In this document: positions 43,470 through 52,870 of the stretch, piece after piece | Layout of the letters: each line of letters begins with the position of its first letter | How positions within the stretch are numbered: the stretch's first letter is position 1 | Assembly: GCA_017395365.1 (NCBI GenBank) | Contig: JAFPUN010000012.1 | Span: 19,330-83,329 of the forward strand | Direction of reading: 5' to 3' | DNA length: 64,000 nucleotides | DNA from: Bacteroidales bacterium | Lineage (GTDB): Bacteria > Bacteroidota > Bacteroidia > Bacteroidales > F082 | Made by a program: the position numbers and the translations under genes | The notes under the pieces: generated by a model | Told to the model about the DNA's origin: nothing | Seen by the model: only the letters and a program-made list of their open reading frames with translations | The model's database searches: none

Positions 43470-44689
43470 TTGGTCGATTTCCGCATGGCATGGCGCACGG
43501 TAAGGAAAGCGGAAGTGCAGCCCACCACCAAAATCGTGGCGAAAATCAAAAGCACATCTTTCAATTTCAACAAAACAGGATAAGCATCCACCACATAGTT
43601 GCCTCCCGTTCCGAATTTCACGAAACCGAACTGTTGCTGCAAAAGCACCAAGATGACACCCAACAGCAAGCCGATGAGACCTCCGGCCACCGAGATGAGC
43701 AAACCCTCATTCATGAATACTCGCTGAATCAGCCGGTTGTCGGCGCCCATGGCCTTTAAGATCTCCGTATCCTTACGCTTGTCAATCATCAGCATGGAGA
43801 GTGATCCTACCACATTGAAGGTGGCCAAAATCAAGATGAAAGTGAGAATGACATAGACTGCCCATTTCTCGGAACGCATGATTTTGTATAGGGTTTCCTG
43901 CTGCTCCTGCTGGTTTTTCACCGCATAGTCATCGCCTATGAAGGATGTCACTGCTTTCTTCACCTTATTAATATCGGCATTGGGGGCGAGAAAAAGTTCT
44001 ACATTGTTTGCTTTATCCTCGTATTCAAGAAGTTCTGAAAGCCAGTCAAAAGGTACGAGCACCATTTTCTCATCTTGTTCCTGCTCGGTGGAGAAGACAC
44101 TTTGGACAGTCAGCACATCAGAGTTGAAACTGTTTTCGAGACTCATCAAAGAGGCATTGCCGCGCTTGGGCACATAGACGCGCACCATGGCATAGGGGTT
44201 ATAGGCATTGATGCCAAGATACCACGCCACACCGGCTCCTGGCACGGCAAAATAATGTTCATCTTCGTCGGAAAGCACCAAATCGGTGTCACCAAAAACG
44301 ACCTCGTTCAAGCGATCAATCTGTTGGTATTCCAACCCCACACCCTTCACCTGACCGATATGTTGCTTCTCGTTAGCACGGAAAAGAGCGTCTTCGGTAA
44401 TCGTAGGAATCACATAATCAACACCTTGAACATCTTTTAGTTGATCTAATGGGAATGTAGTCAGGTCGATGGTTTTGCCTTTAACGGTAGCAATTTGTAA
44501 ATCAGGCGTCAGGCGATTGTTCATCGAAGAGATGACCTTCTCCAAGCCGTTGAAGGCCGACAACACCACGATAAGCGCAAAAGAGCCTACGCTAATACCA
44601 AGGATGGAAATCCATGTGATGATATTAATCAGGTTGTGGCTCTTTTTGGCCAGCAGGTAACGGTTTGCTATGAACAGCGGCAGTCTCAC
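43442..44689 (-). CDS. lolE: Lipoprotein-releasing ABC transporter permease, LolC/LolE family
   Basis: RLPLFIANRYLLAKKSHNLINIITWISILGISVGSFALIVVLSAFNG and a C-terminal FtsX domain. GTG start overlaps the rbfA stop. Confidence 0.8.
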   Translation of the reverse strand: MRLPLFIANRYLLAKKSHNLINIITWISILGISVGSFALIVVLSAFNGLEKVISSMNNRLTPDLQIATVKGKTIDLTTFPLDQLKDVQGVDYVIPTITEDALFRANEKQHIGQVKGVGLEYQQIDRLNEVVFGDTDLVLSDEDEHYFAVPGAGVAWYLGINAYNPYAMVRVYVPKRGNASLMSLENSFNSDVLTVQSVFSTEQEQDEKMVLVPFDWLSELLEYEDKANNVELFLAPNADINKVKKAVTSFIGDDYAVKNQQEQQETLYKIMRSEKWAVYVILTFILILATFNVVGSLSMLMIDKRKDTEILKAMGADNRLIQRVFMNEGLLISVAGGLIGLLLGVILVLLQQQFGFVKFGTGGNYVVDAYPVLLKLKDVLLIFATILVVGCTSAFLTVRHAMRKSTNQKSRLNDR

Positions 44690-45030
44690 TGGTCGGGATG
44701 CAGCAGGTTGTCAATGTTTTCGATATAATCAAGGGAATCGTCCTCAAAGAAGCGCAACTCGGGGATGACGCGCATCTGATGGCGCACCCGGTTGCCCAAC
44801 AAGCCTCGGATCGCTTTGGCGTTTTGACCTACCTCCTCCACCACCTTCTTCTTGTCATCAACACCGAAGACGCTCAAATACACATTGGCATATCCGAGGT
44901 CAGAGGTGACCCTCACATGCGTCACGGTAATCATCAGCATCGGGACGGCAGGCTTCAATTCCTTTTGGAAAATGTCGCTCAACTCCTTTTGAATCAGTTT
45001 ATTGACTTTCTCTAATCGTTTGTTATCCAT
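44686..45030 (-). CDS. rbfA: Ribosome-binding factor A
   Basis: RLEKVNKLIQKELSDIF...ITVTHVRVTSDLGYANVYLSV. Confidence 0.85.
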   Translation of the reverse strand: MDNKRLEKVNKLIQKELSDIFQKELKPAVPMLMITVTHVRVTSDLGYANVYLSVFGVDDKKKVVEEVGQNAKAIRGLLGNRVRHQMRVIPELRFFEDDSLDYIENIDNLLHPDQ

Positions 45031-45035
45031 TTGTA

Positions 45036-45064
45036 TCAGTTATCAGTTGTTCAGTTATTCAGTT
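45036..45064. repeat. Four tcagtt units at 7-8 nt spacing in the rbfA leader
   Basis: tcagttatcagttgttcagttattcagtt, between the -7 box at 45075 and the start codon at 45030. Confidence 0.75.
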
Positions 45065-45074
45065 GAAAGATTTG

Positions 45075-45082
45075 CAAAAATA
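45075..45082 (-). promoter_or_regulatory. -7 box (TAttTTTG) for rbfA-lolE
   Basis: Plus strand caaaaata. Confidence 0.45.
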
Positions 45083-45123
45083 GACATTTCTTTTGACATC
45101 TTGCGTATTTCAAATCTATTGAA

Positions 45124-45131
45124 TACTTTTG
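45124..45131 (+). promoter_or_regulatory. -7 box TActTTTG for the S8 peptidase gene
   Basis: 44 nt upstream of the ATG at 45175. Confidence 0.45.
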
Positions 45132-45174
45132 CTGTCTCTATTCGAACCATTACTATCATCCAATTTAATCGAAC

Positions 45175-47247
45175 ATGAAACGCACAATCCTTTTAGTACT
45201 GGCGCTTTTGTCCGTGTTGTCTTACGCACAAGAGCCACAAACACAACGATCTGCCAACTATGTTGAAAACGAGTTCATCATTTGGTTGGAGCAAGGTGTT
45301 GACGCTTCGACCTTTGCCGTCAATACCGGTATTGACATCCAACCGAAAAGACTGTTATCCGAAAGGCTGAACATCTGGCTTTTTGAAACCGCAGACAACA
45401 AAGGACCCAGAGAAGACAAAATACACCGATTGGCTGCCAACAAAGATGTCCGTGTCATCCAAAACAACCATACCAACATCATGTTACGCGAGGCCATCCC
45501 CGATGACCCATATTATGAGATGCAGTGGGCGCCGGCCATCATGAGTCTTCCCCAAGCGTGGGAGGCCTTCACTACAGGTGGAGTCACGGCAACGGGCGAC
45601 ACCATCGTGGTGGCCGTCATCGACGGAGGCATGGACTGGACCCATGAGGACCTGAATTGCTGGGAAAACCACCATGAAATACCCAATAACAGAATCGATG
45701 ACGACGGCAATGGTTATGTTGACGACTATCGAGGCTGGAATGCCTACAACCACAACGGATATGTGGGCAGTCACTACCACGGCACCCATGTTTCGGGTAT
45801 CGTTGGCGCTGTCGGAAACAACGAGAAAGGCGTATGCGGTGTGAATTGGAATGTGAGAGTCATGCCCATCGCCGGCAGCTCGGGCGACGAGTCCATTGTT
45901 GTGGAAGCTTATGCATACGCATTGGAGATGAGGGCGCGATACAATGAGACCCAGGGCGAAGAAGGCGCCTTCGTCGTAGCCACCAACTCGTCTTTTGGAG
46001 TTGACTACGGCGACCCTAACGACTATCCCATTTGGTGCGCGATGTATGATGAGATGGGAGATGTTGGCATATTGAGTTGCGGGGCTGGTCCCAACATGAA
46101 TGTGAATGTAGATGAAGTGGGCGATGTCCCCTCCACTTGCCCTGGTGACTATCTGATTGGCATCACCAACACCACCTCGGACGATGTAAAATACGGGAGT
46201 GCCGGTTACGGTGTCACCAATATCGACATTGGAGCTCCTGGAACAGCGATTTATTCCACTACGCCTAACAATGGTTACAACGGCTCGACGGGTACCTCGA
46301 TGGCCACCCCACAAGTCGCTGGCACCATCGCGTTGATGTATGCGGCCTTACCCGAAGAAATGATGCAAGACTGCAAAGACGACCCTGCCCATTTCAGTCT
46401 TATAATGAAATATCACCTGCTTAACGGAGCCGACCATCTGCCTTCGCTCGATGGATTGGTAGCCTCGGGAAGGAGATTGAACGCCTATGGAGCTATAGAA
46501 AGCGCTTTAACCGATAGTATCGTGCCCGAATTAATTGGAGAAGTCAATATTATAGGCGAACCTTTCTTCGGAGAGACTTTGACCACAGAAACGAATCTGA
46601 ATTCCACGCCATCCATTCCTGACCTTGGCATGCTGAACTACCAATGGTGGAGAGGCACGACACCCATCGAAGGTGCCGTTGACTCAACCTACACCTTGAC
46701 TGAAGATGACATTTTCGAAAGGATTTGTGTGCAAGTTACTGCCACAAACTGCACAGGGACCCTGACTTCGCCCTATTTCGGTCCTATCAAAAAGGCAGAA
46801 CAGGCCATGCCCGATGCGCCGCAGATGGAGAGCAACACCGATACGAGCATCATGCTTGTCGCCATTGAAGACGGAGAATACAATATCGACGGTGGAGACT
46901 GGCAGTCCTCACCTATATTTGAAGGCCTAACGCAGAGCACATCCTACACCTTCACACAACGCAAGAAGGAGACACGGTCGCATTACGCTTCGCCTTCAAG
47001 TCCAGAAGCAGTGTTTAGCACAATGCCAGACCAGATTAACGAGAATCGTCAAAGCGTCTTCAAGGTTTTTCCCAACCCTTCCAAAAGCAGCGTGACAATT
47101 GAAGGCCAGGGAATGCTCGTCATCACCAATACTTTGGGGCAAACTGTTTTAACCAAGAAAATCGAGGGCAAAACAAAAGTGGAATTGCCGCAAGGGTTGT
47201 ATTTCATGAAAATGGGAAACGAAACGCGGAAGATTGTGGTGGAATAG
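45175..47247 (+). CDS. S8-family (subtilisin-like) serine peptidase with T9SS C-terminal sorting domain
   Basis: Catalytic triad contexts VAVIDGG, HGTHVSGIVGA, GTSMATPQVAG. C-terminus VFPNPSKSSVTIEG...GLYFMKMGNETRKIVVE. Confidence 0.85.
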   Translation: MKRTILLVLALLSVLSYAQEPQTQRSANYVENEFIIWLEQGVDASTFAVNTGIDIQPKRLLSERLNIWLFETADNKGPREDKIHRLAANKDVRVIQNNHTNIMLREAIPDDPYYEMQWAPAIMSLPQAWEAFTTGGVTATGDTIVVAVIDGGMDWTHEDLNCWENHHEIPNNRIDDDGNGYVDDYRGWNAYNHNGYVGSHYHGTHVSGIVGAVGNNEKGVCGVNWNVRVMPIAGSSGDESIVVEAYAYALEMRARYNETQGEEGAFVVATNSSFGVDYGDPNDYPIWCAMYDEMGDVGILSCGAGPNMNVNVDEVGDVPSTCPGDYLIGITNTTSDDVKYGSAGYGVTNIDIGAPGTAIYSTTPNNGYNGSTGTSMATPQVAGTIALMYAALPEEMMQDCKDDPAHFSLIMKYHLLNGADHLPSLDGLVASGRRLNAYGAIESALTDSIVPELIGEVNIIGEPFFGETLTTETNLNSTPSIPDLGMLNYQWWRGTTPIEGAVDSTYTLTEDDIFERICVQVTATNCTGTLTSPYFGPIKKAEQAMPDAPQMESNTDTSIMLVAIEDGEYNIDGGDWQSSPIFEGLTQSTSYTFTQRKKETRSHYASPSSPEAVFSTMPDQINENRQSVFKVFPNPSKSSVTIEGQGMLVITNTLGQTVLTKKIEGKTKVELPQGLYFMKMGNETRKIVVE

Positions 47248-47264
47248 GTTTTCGTGTGAGAAAA

Positions 47265-47717
47265 CTATTCGCGTCTTTTCGAGTCCATGATGATCGTCAC
47301 AGGACCATCATTCAGCAACTCGACCTCCATCATGGCACCGAACTCGCCGCTTTGCACTTCGCGGCCAGAAATTTCAGCCAAGCGCTTCAAAAACAGTTCA
47401 TAAAGCGGGATGGCCTGCTCGGGACGGGCGGCACGGATGAAACTCGGTCGGTTGCCTTTCTTGGTCAGGGCGTGGAGCGTGAACTGGCTCACCACGAGGA
47501 AAGAACCGCCGACTTGGTTGATATCGAAGTTCATCGAGTCGTTGCCGTCGTCGAAAATGCGGAGTTTGGTCAGTTTCTGACACAACCATTCCACATCCTC
47601 TTCGTTGTCGGCTTCTTCAATACCAAGCAAAACCAGCATTCCAAGGCCGATTTCCGATTTCACTTTACCGTCAATCGTGACGGAAGCATGAGTTACTCGT
47701 TGTGCTACAATGCGCAT
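47265..47717 (-). CDS. dtd: D-aminoacyl-tRNA deacylase
   Basis: MRIVAQRV...LLGIEEADNEEDVEWLCQKL...SQFTL...GNRPSF. Confidence 0.85.
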   Translation of the reverse strand: MRIVAQRVTHASVTIDGKVKSEIGLGMLVLLGIEEADNEEDVEWLCQKLTKLRIFDDGNDSMNFDINQVGGSFLVVSQFTLHALTKKGNRPSFIRAARPEQAIPLYELFLKRLAEISGREVQSGEFGAMMEVELLNDGPVTIIMDSKRRE

Positions 47718-47733
47718 AGTTGATATTGAATAC

Positions 47734-47759
47734 GGGCCCTTCGACAGGCTCAGGGACCC
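47734..47759 (+). repeat. Copy of the gggcccttcgacaggctcagggaccc repeat family (between dtd and holA)
   Basis: Near-consensus copy in the 47-nt spacer. Confidence 0.75.
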
Positions 47760-47764
47760 TTAGA

Positions 47765-48763
47765 TTAATGCATTAATTTAAAAATCATCTCTCTATACAA
47801 ATCCTTCTCACTCACATCCCCGCTCTCATAGCCTTTCGACTTCAGGTCGAACTCGCGGAGGATGGAGATGCATCGGATGCAGGTTGCAGGCGGATAGTTG
47901 CGCGCAGCAGCAAGATAATCCTTGACAAAAAAAGGATTCACCCCCAACACGCTGGCCAGATTGCCCTGCGATTTGTCTTGCGTGGTGTGCAGTTTGATGA
48001 GCTTCGTGAAATAACCATACAATGTTATCACCGTAACCAACAACGGATTATCTTTCCCGTTATCGCCAAAATAGTTGACGATGCGGTTGGCTTTCAGCAC
48101 ATCGCGACTGCCGATGGCGTTTTGTAACTCGAAACCATTATAATCCTTTGAGATGCCAATGTTGCGTTCCACATCTGCATCATCGATGCTTTTCTTTTTG
48201 GGCAAGGCGATGATGAGTTTCTTCAACTCGTTGGCAATTTTATGGAGGTCGGTGCCGAGATAATCGGCCAGCATCTGGGTGGCCTTGGGTGTGATGGAAT
48301 AGCCTTCACCTTTCAGGTAATTCTGAATCCATCCCGGGATATTGCTGTCGTATAGTTTCTTCGACTCAAACCAAACACCTTTCTTGTCAATCTTCTTGGC
48401 CAAGGTCTTGCGCTTGTCGAACTTCTTGTATTTATAGGCGAAGACAAGAAGGGTGGTTTCCGGGATAGTGTCAAGATATTTCTCAAACTCTTCCAAGTTT
48501 TTCACATCTTGTGCCTCTTTGACGATGACCACCATACGCTCACCCATCATCGGGAAGCTTCTGGCGTGGTTGGCGATGGTCTCCACATCGACATCGCGGC
48601 CATAGAGCACAATTTGGTTGAAGGCACGATCGGCCTCGTCCAATGCTTCGTTCTCGATGGTGTCCGAGATCATGTCAATGAAATAGGGTTCGTCACCTGT
48701 AAGGAAATAGACAGGCGCGAAATTCTTTTTGTGAATGTCGGAAAGGATCTGGTCGTAATTCAT
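47765..48763 (-). CDS. holA: DNA polymerase III subunit delta
   Basis: N-terminal FAPVYFLTGDEPYFID, size and delta-subunit pattern. Confidence 0.75.
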   Translation of the reverse strand: MNYDQILSDIHKKNFAPVYFLTGDEPYFIDMISDTIENEALDEADRAFNQIVLYGRDVDVETIANHARSFPMMGERMVVIVKEAQDVKNLEEFEKYLDTIPETTLLVFAYKYKKFDKRKTLAKKIDKKGVWFESKKLYDSNIPGWIQNYLKGEGYSITPKATQMLADYLGTDLHKIANELKKLIIALPKKKSIDDADVERNIGISKDYNGFELQNAIGSRDVLKANRIVNYFGDNGKDNPLLVTVITLYGYFTKLIKLHTTQDKSQGNLASVLGVNPFFVKDYLAAARNYPPATCIRCISILREFDLKSKGYESGDVSEKDLYREMIFKLMH

Positions 48764-49533
48764 CAGAACTTCAGGTGCTTGACGGTGATACCATTATTGA
48801 TAAGTTGTCGAAGAGAGTCAATACCGATGCGCAGGTGCTCGCCCACATAGTTCTTGCTGACCACTTTGTCGCTCTCCTCGGTCTTAACGCCTTCGGGCAC
48901 CATAGGGTTGTCAGACACCAATAGCAATGCGCCCGTTGGGATTTCATTATGGAAACCGACCGAGAAAATAGTCGCAGTTTCCATATCCACAGCCATACAA
49001 CGGATTTTGCGCAGGTAGTCCTTGAACTCGTCGTCGTGTTCCCACACACGGCGGTTGGTGGTGTAGACCGTGCCCGTCCAGTAGTCGCGGCCATAGTCGC
49101 GGATAGTAGTGGAGATGGCTTTTTCGAGACTAAATGCCGGAAGCGCAGGCACCTCTGGCGGAAAATAGTCGTTTGAAGTACCTTCGCCTCGGATGGCCGC
49201 AATGGGAAGGATGAGATCGCCTACCTTGTTGATTTTCTTCACACCACCACATTTCCCCAAAAACAACACAGCTTTGGGCTGAATAGCAGTCAGCAGGTCC
49301 ATAATGGTGGCGGCGTTGGCGCTACCCATGCTGAAATTAATGATGGTGATTTCTCCGTCGGTAGCGCATGGCATCGAACGGTCGCGGCCAATGACTTCCA
49401 CACCTTGCCATTCGGCAAAACGATCCACATAATTCTGGAAATTGGTCAACAGGATATATTTACCAAACTGATCCAGCGGCAGACCCGTATAGCGCGGCAG
49501 CCAGTTTTCAACTATTTCTTGCTTGGTTTTCAT
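48763..49533 (-). CDS. amn: AMP nucleosidase (short, PNP/UDP-phosphorylase fold)
   Basis: MKTKQEIVENWLPRYTGLPLDQFGKYILLTNF... and GKCGG, typical of 256-aa Bacteroidota AMP nucleosidases. Confidence 0.65.
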   Translation of the reverse strand: MKTKQEIVENWLPRYTGLPLDQFGKYILLTNFQNYVDRFAEWQGVEVIGRDRSMPCATDGEITIINFSMGSANAATIMDLLTAIQPKAVLFLGKCGGVKKINKVGDLILPIAAIRGEGTSNDYFPPEVPALPAFSLEKAISTTIRDYGRDYWTGTVYTTNRRVWEHDDEFKDYLRKIRCMAVDMETATIFSVGFHNEIPTGALLLVSDNPMVPEGVKTEESDKVVSKNYVGEHLRIGIDSLRQLINNGITVKHLKF

Positions 49534-49711
49534 TTGCTTTCAAATAATATTTGTGCAAAAATAGGAATTTTTCACACGATAAAACGAGTTGGTGACAATT
49601 TGTCTCCAACTGATTCCTCAAATCAACCCATAATTTGTCGCAGTAGTGCGGGAAACGCGGAGAAGAATAGGCTATAAAAGAAAAATACTTGCAACCAATA
49701 ACAAAAATATC

Positions 49712-49719
49712 TATTTTTG
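49712..49719 (+). promoter_or_regulatory. -7 box TAttTTTG for the TA module
   Basis: 23 nt upstream of the ATG at 49742. Confidence 0.5.
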
Positions 49720-49741
49720 CAATGCCAAATACATCAATCGT

Positions 49742-49900
49742 ATGCAAACCACAACGACAACTACAAGGCAAAACAATACAACAACTTCTTCTCGCCAAAA
49801 GAAAAAGGCTTACCCCAAAACCTTGAAAGGATGTTTCTCATTTGAGGAATTTCAAGACCTGTTGAATGAGAAAATAAGGGAGCATTATGAAAAGGTATGA
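49742..49900 (+). CDS. Putative antitoxin (52 aa, Thr-rich N-terminus)
   Basis: Overlaps the ParE-like toxin gene by 14 nt. No recognisable RHH/Phd motif, so the call is by position only. Confidence 0.4.
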   Translation: MQTTTTTTRQNNTTTSSRQKKKAYPKTLKGCFSFEEFQDLLNEKIREHYEKV

Positions 49901-50201
49901 AATCCAAATTCGTAATGTAGTAAAGAAAGACATTGATCAGATCAAGGATTTCATTGTCGAAAAAAACAGCCGCGAACACGCCGAGCGTTACGCGGCTGAA
50001 CTTTATGCGGAAATGCTCTCATTGACTTTTCTTGCAGATAGCATTAAGGTCACCGAATGGAAAATCGCCAAGAAATACAGCAAAAGCAAAAGAGAAAAAG
50101 TGCTTGTGACCCATAACAAAAAATGGAGCATCTTCTTTCATACTTATAGAGATAAAGTAATCATCGACAAGATTTTGGCCTCAAAACTCATCAAAGAATA
50201 A
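49887..50201 (+). CDS. Type II toxin, RelE/ParE family
   Basis: YEIQIRNVVKKDIDQIKDFIVEKNSREHAERYAAELYAEMLSL...WSIFFHTYRDKVIIDKIL follows the ParE pattern. Confidence 0.65.
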   Translation: MKRYEIQIRNVVKKDIDQIKDFIVEKNSREHAERYAAELYAEMLSLTFLADSIKVTEWKIAKKYSKSKREKVLVTHNKKWSIFFHTYRDKVIIDKILASKLIKE

Positions 50202-50203
50202 CA

Positions 50204-50605
50204 ATGACCCGATACCCCGTAAAAATACTGATGGCTTTCGGCTGTACCTTCGAACCTGGCGGAGAAGAGTTCTTCGAGTGGCTGATGCGCAACGGCTATC
50301 CCGAACTGGGTGCTTTGAGCAATACAATTCAAGGCGACCATGAGGCCAAAGACTGGCTTATGGAACACGGATTTCCCCACTTGGCAGCCATTGACAGCGT
50401 CATCGACAAGGAAGCGAAAGCCGAAGAATGGCTCGTCAAAAACCATTTTACGGTCAACCTCGCCTTCGCAAAAGCCATCAATCGCGACGACGATGCCACC
50501 GATTGGCTAGAAAAAAACGAGCTCCAAGTTTTCATTGTCCTCGCCGATAAGATTCGCAAGTATTTGGATGACAAATATTTAAACTTCCATAAAATCCATT
50601 TTTGA
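50204..50605 (+). CDS. Hypothetical protein with four ~25-aa A..WL..NGFP.L repeats
   Basis: Starts 3 nt after the toxin stop. The repeats are EFFEWLMRNGYPELGAL, AKDWLMEHGFPHLAAI, AEEWLVKNHFTVNLAF and ATDWLEKNELQVFIVL. Confidence 0.6.
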   Translation: MTRYPVKILMAFGCTFEPGGEEFFEWLMRNGYPELGALSNTIQGDHEAKDWLMEHGFPHLAAIDSVIDKEAKAEEWLVKNHFTVNLAFAKAINRDDDATDWLEKNELQVFIVLADKIRKYLDDKYLNFHKIHF

Positions 50606-50697
50606 TTTCAAAACGATTTTTTTTGGCCTACATAAAAGAAAAAATCCTAACTTTGCGGCCAATCAGAAGAAGTAAATAATTAGAAAATCATACTACA

Positions 50698-51351
50698 ATG
50701 AAAAAAGGATTATCCATCATCATCAACATCATTCTGTTTGCCATCATCGTGCTTTTAGCATGGCAAGTTGTCAAGAGCATCCAAGCTCCCATCAAGTTCA
50801 AAAACGAGCAAACGATGCGTGAGAAACAAGTCGTCGAGCGCCTCGTCGACATCCGCAATGCCGAAGTGCTCTACAAGAACGCCAACAATAAGTACACGGC
50901 TGACTTCGACTCGTTGATCCAATTCTGCCAAACCGCAGAAATCCCGATCGTGAAAATCGTTCCCGACCCGACCGACACCACCTACACGCGCACCATCAGC
51001 GACACCATAGGCTTTTCTAAGGTCATGGACTCCCTCAAGGGCGCCAGACAAGACTTCAACATCGCCGACATCAAGTACGTGCCTTTCGCTCCCAACAACG
51101 AAATGTTTGAACTTGAAGCGGGCACCATCATCCGCAACGAAGTCATCAAGATTCCGGTATTCGAAGCAAGAGTGCCCTACGAGGTCTATCTGGCTACTCC
51201 AGGAGCAGGTTTCAGCGAGAAAGAATGGAACCAACGTCGTGACAACGCCAAGGCCGAGAAGGAAAACATCAACCGTTATGCCGGTCTAAAAGTTGGATCG
51301 ATGGAAGAAGCCTCCACCGACGGCAACTGGGAGAAGGAGGTTGAACTCTAA
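50698..51351 (+). CDS. Hypothetical membrane-anchored protein
   Basis: N-terminal TM segment IIINIILFAIIVLLAW. No recognised domain. Confidence 0.6.
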   Translation: MKKGLSIIINIILFAIIVLLAWQVVKSIQAPIKFKNEQTMREKQVVERLVDIRNAEVLYKNANNKYTADFDSLIQFCQTAEIPIVKIVPDPTDTTYTRTISDTIGFSKVMDSLKGARQDFNIADIKYVPFAPNNEMFELEAGTIIRNEVIKIPVFEARVPYEVYLATPGAGFSEKEWNQRRDNAKAEKENINRYAGLKVGSMEEASTDGNWEKEVEL

Positions 51352-51364
51352 ACCGACAGGATGA

Positions 51365-52216
51365 ATGGCGGCATCATTGAACCCTTACATCTCCCAATTC
51401 GGCGAGGAGTTTGATGCCGAGAAGTCATCGCAATACAGAATGGCCATCCAATTCTCATTGGGTGGTCTTTCTTTTGCCCTTCTCGACAATGAGAGCCACA
51501 CCCTCATCGCCTTGGAATGCTACCAGTCAGACCTCCTGAACGACAGCAACGACCTTTTCCACACCTTGGAACGCGCACTCGAGTCGAAAGGCCTGAACAA
51601 CAAGGCATTCCTATCTGTGACTTGTCTCGTTGCCAACCGCTTGTGCACCTTGGTCCCCGAACCCTTGTTCGACGAGGCTGACCAAGCCAAGCACCTCGAT
51701 TTTACCTTCCAAATCCCAGAAGGATCTACCGTCACATCAGAACGACTGGAGACCGTTGCTTGCTACAATGTCTTTGCTTGGCAAAAAAGCCTGCGCGACA
51801 TGGTGTTGAATAAATGGAAAGATGCCAAATGCATCCATTCCACTACCCTGTTCATCGACAGTGCAATGAAAAACGGCAACGAAACTAGTGTGTTCGTGCA
51901 TGTCAACAACCGCGACTTCGACATGATGATCAAGAAAGATGGGAATCTGTTGTTCTTCAACAACTTTAAGTTCGTCACCAAAGAAGACTTCGCTTATTTC
52001 CTTTTGTTTGCGATGGAACAAAACGGCATGGCAGGCCACGACATCCCCGTTTGCTTCTCTGGCCTCATCCGTCCCGCATCCGAGATCATAGACCTCTGCG
52101 GACGCTATATCAAAGACATCAGCTTTGTGACAGACCCACACGCACTTCAAGTCAGCAAGTCACTTGACGAGGTGCCTTTCCCATACTATCACCTTCTTTA
52201 CCAAGCATTAAGATGA
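51365..52216 (+). CDS. DUF3822-like protein
   Basis: YRMAIQFSLGGLSFALLDNESHTLIAL pattern, and its position immediately upstream of rsmD as in other Bacteroidota. Confidence 0.55.
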   Translation: MAASLNPYISQFGEEFDAEKSSQYRMAIQFSLGGLSFALLDNESHTLIALECYQSDLLNDSNDLFHTLERALESKGLNNKAFLSVTCLVANRLCTLVPEPLFDEADQAKHLDFTFQIPEGSTVTSERLETVACYNVFAWQKSLRDMVLNKWKDAKCIHSTTLFIDSAMKNGNETSVFVHVNNRDFDMMIKKDGNLLFFNNFKFVTKEDFAYFLLFAMEQNGMAGHDIPVCFSGLIRPASEIIDLCGRYIKDISFVTDPHALQVSKSLDEVPFPYYHLLYQALR

Positions 52217-52770
52217 GAATCATCAGAGGAAGATATCAACGGCGGCAAATCACCGCACCCAACAACTTGCCTGTACGCCCCACCACCGACATGGCCAAAG
52301 AGAGCCTGTTTAACATCATTGAGAACCACTTCGACTTCGAGGAGACCGAAGCCTTGGACTTGTTTGCTGGCACAGGCAACATCTCTTACGAACTGGTCTC
52401 AAGAGGCTGTCCCAAGGTAGTGTCTGTCGACCAGGACTTCGGCTGCGTGAAATTCATTCGAGAGACCGCCAACAAACTCAACATGAAGGAATTGCTGGTG
52501 GTCCGTTCCGATGTGTTCCGTTTCCTTGACAAGCACCAGATGCAATATGACCTCATCTTTGCCGACCCGCCTTACGACTGTGAGCATTACGAAACGTTAA
52601 TACAACTCATTTTTGAACGCAACCTTTTACGCGAAGGCGGAATGTTCGTATTGGAACACGACAAGAGCCAAAACTTTGAAGAGCATCCTCACTTCATGGA
52701 ACAACGTCACTACGGCAAAGTAAACTTCACTTTCTTTGCGCAGACTATCGAAGAAGAATCAGAGGAATAA
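52213..52770 (+). CDS. rsmD: 16S rRNA (guanine966-N2)-methyltransferase RsmD
   Basis: RIIRGRYQRRQI...RPTTDMAKESLFNII...DLFAGTGNISYE...FADPPY. Confidence 0.85.
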   Translation: MRIIRGRYQRRQITAPNNLPVRPTTDMAKESLFNIIENHFDFEETEALDLFAGTGNISYELVSRGCPKVVSVDQDFGCVKFIRETANKLNMKELLVVRSDVFRFLDKHQMQYDLIFADPPYDCEHYETLIQLIFERNLLREGGMFVLEHDKSQNFEEHPHFMEQRHYGKVNFTFFAQTIEEESEE

Positions 52771-52779
52771 TATTTTTAG

Positions 52780-52866
52780 CACGCAGAAATCGCAGAACTA
52801 TGGGAAACGCGAAGCGACGCAAAGTTTGCGTCCGGTAGGTTCAGCGCATTCTGCGTATTCTGCGTG
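52780..52866. repeat. Nested palindrome in the convergent spacer (cacgcagaaatcgcagaa ... ttctgcgtattctgcgtg, with inner gacgcaaa-g-tttgcgtc)
   Basis: The 18-nt outer arms pair with two mismatches. The inner 8-bp hairpin is at 52816-52832. Confidence 0.75.
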
Positions 52867-52870
52867 AAAA

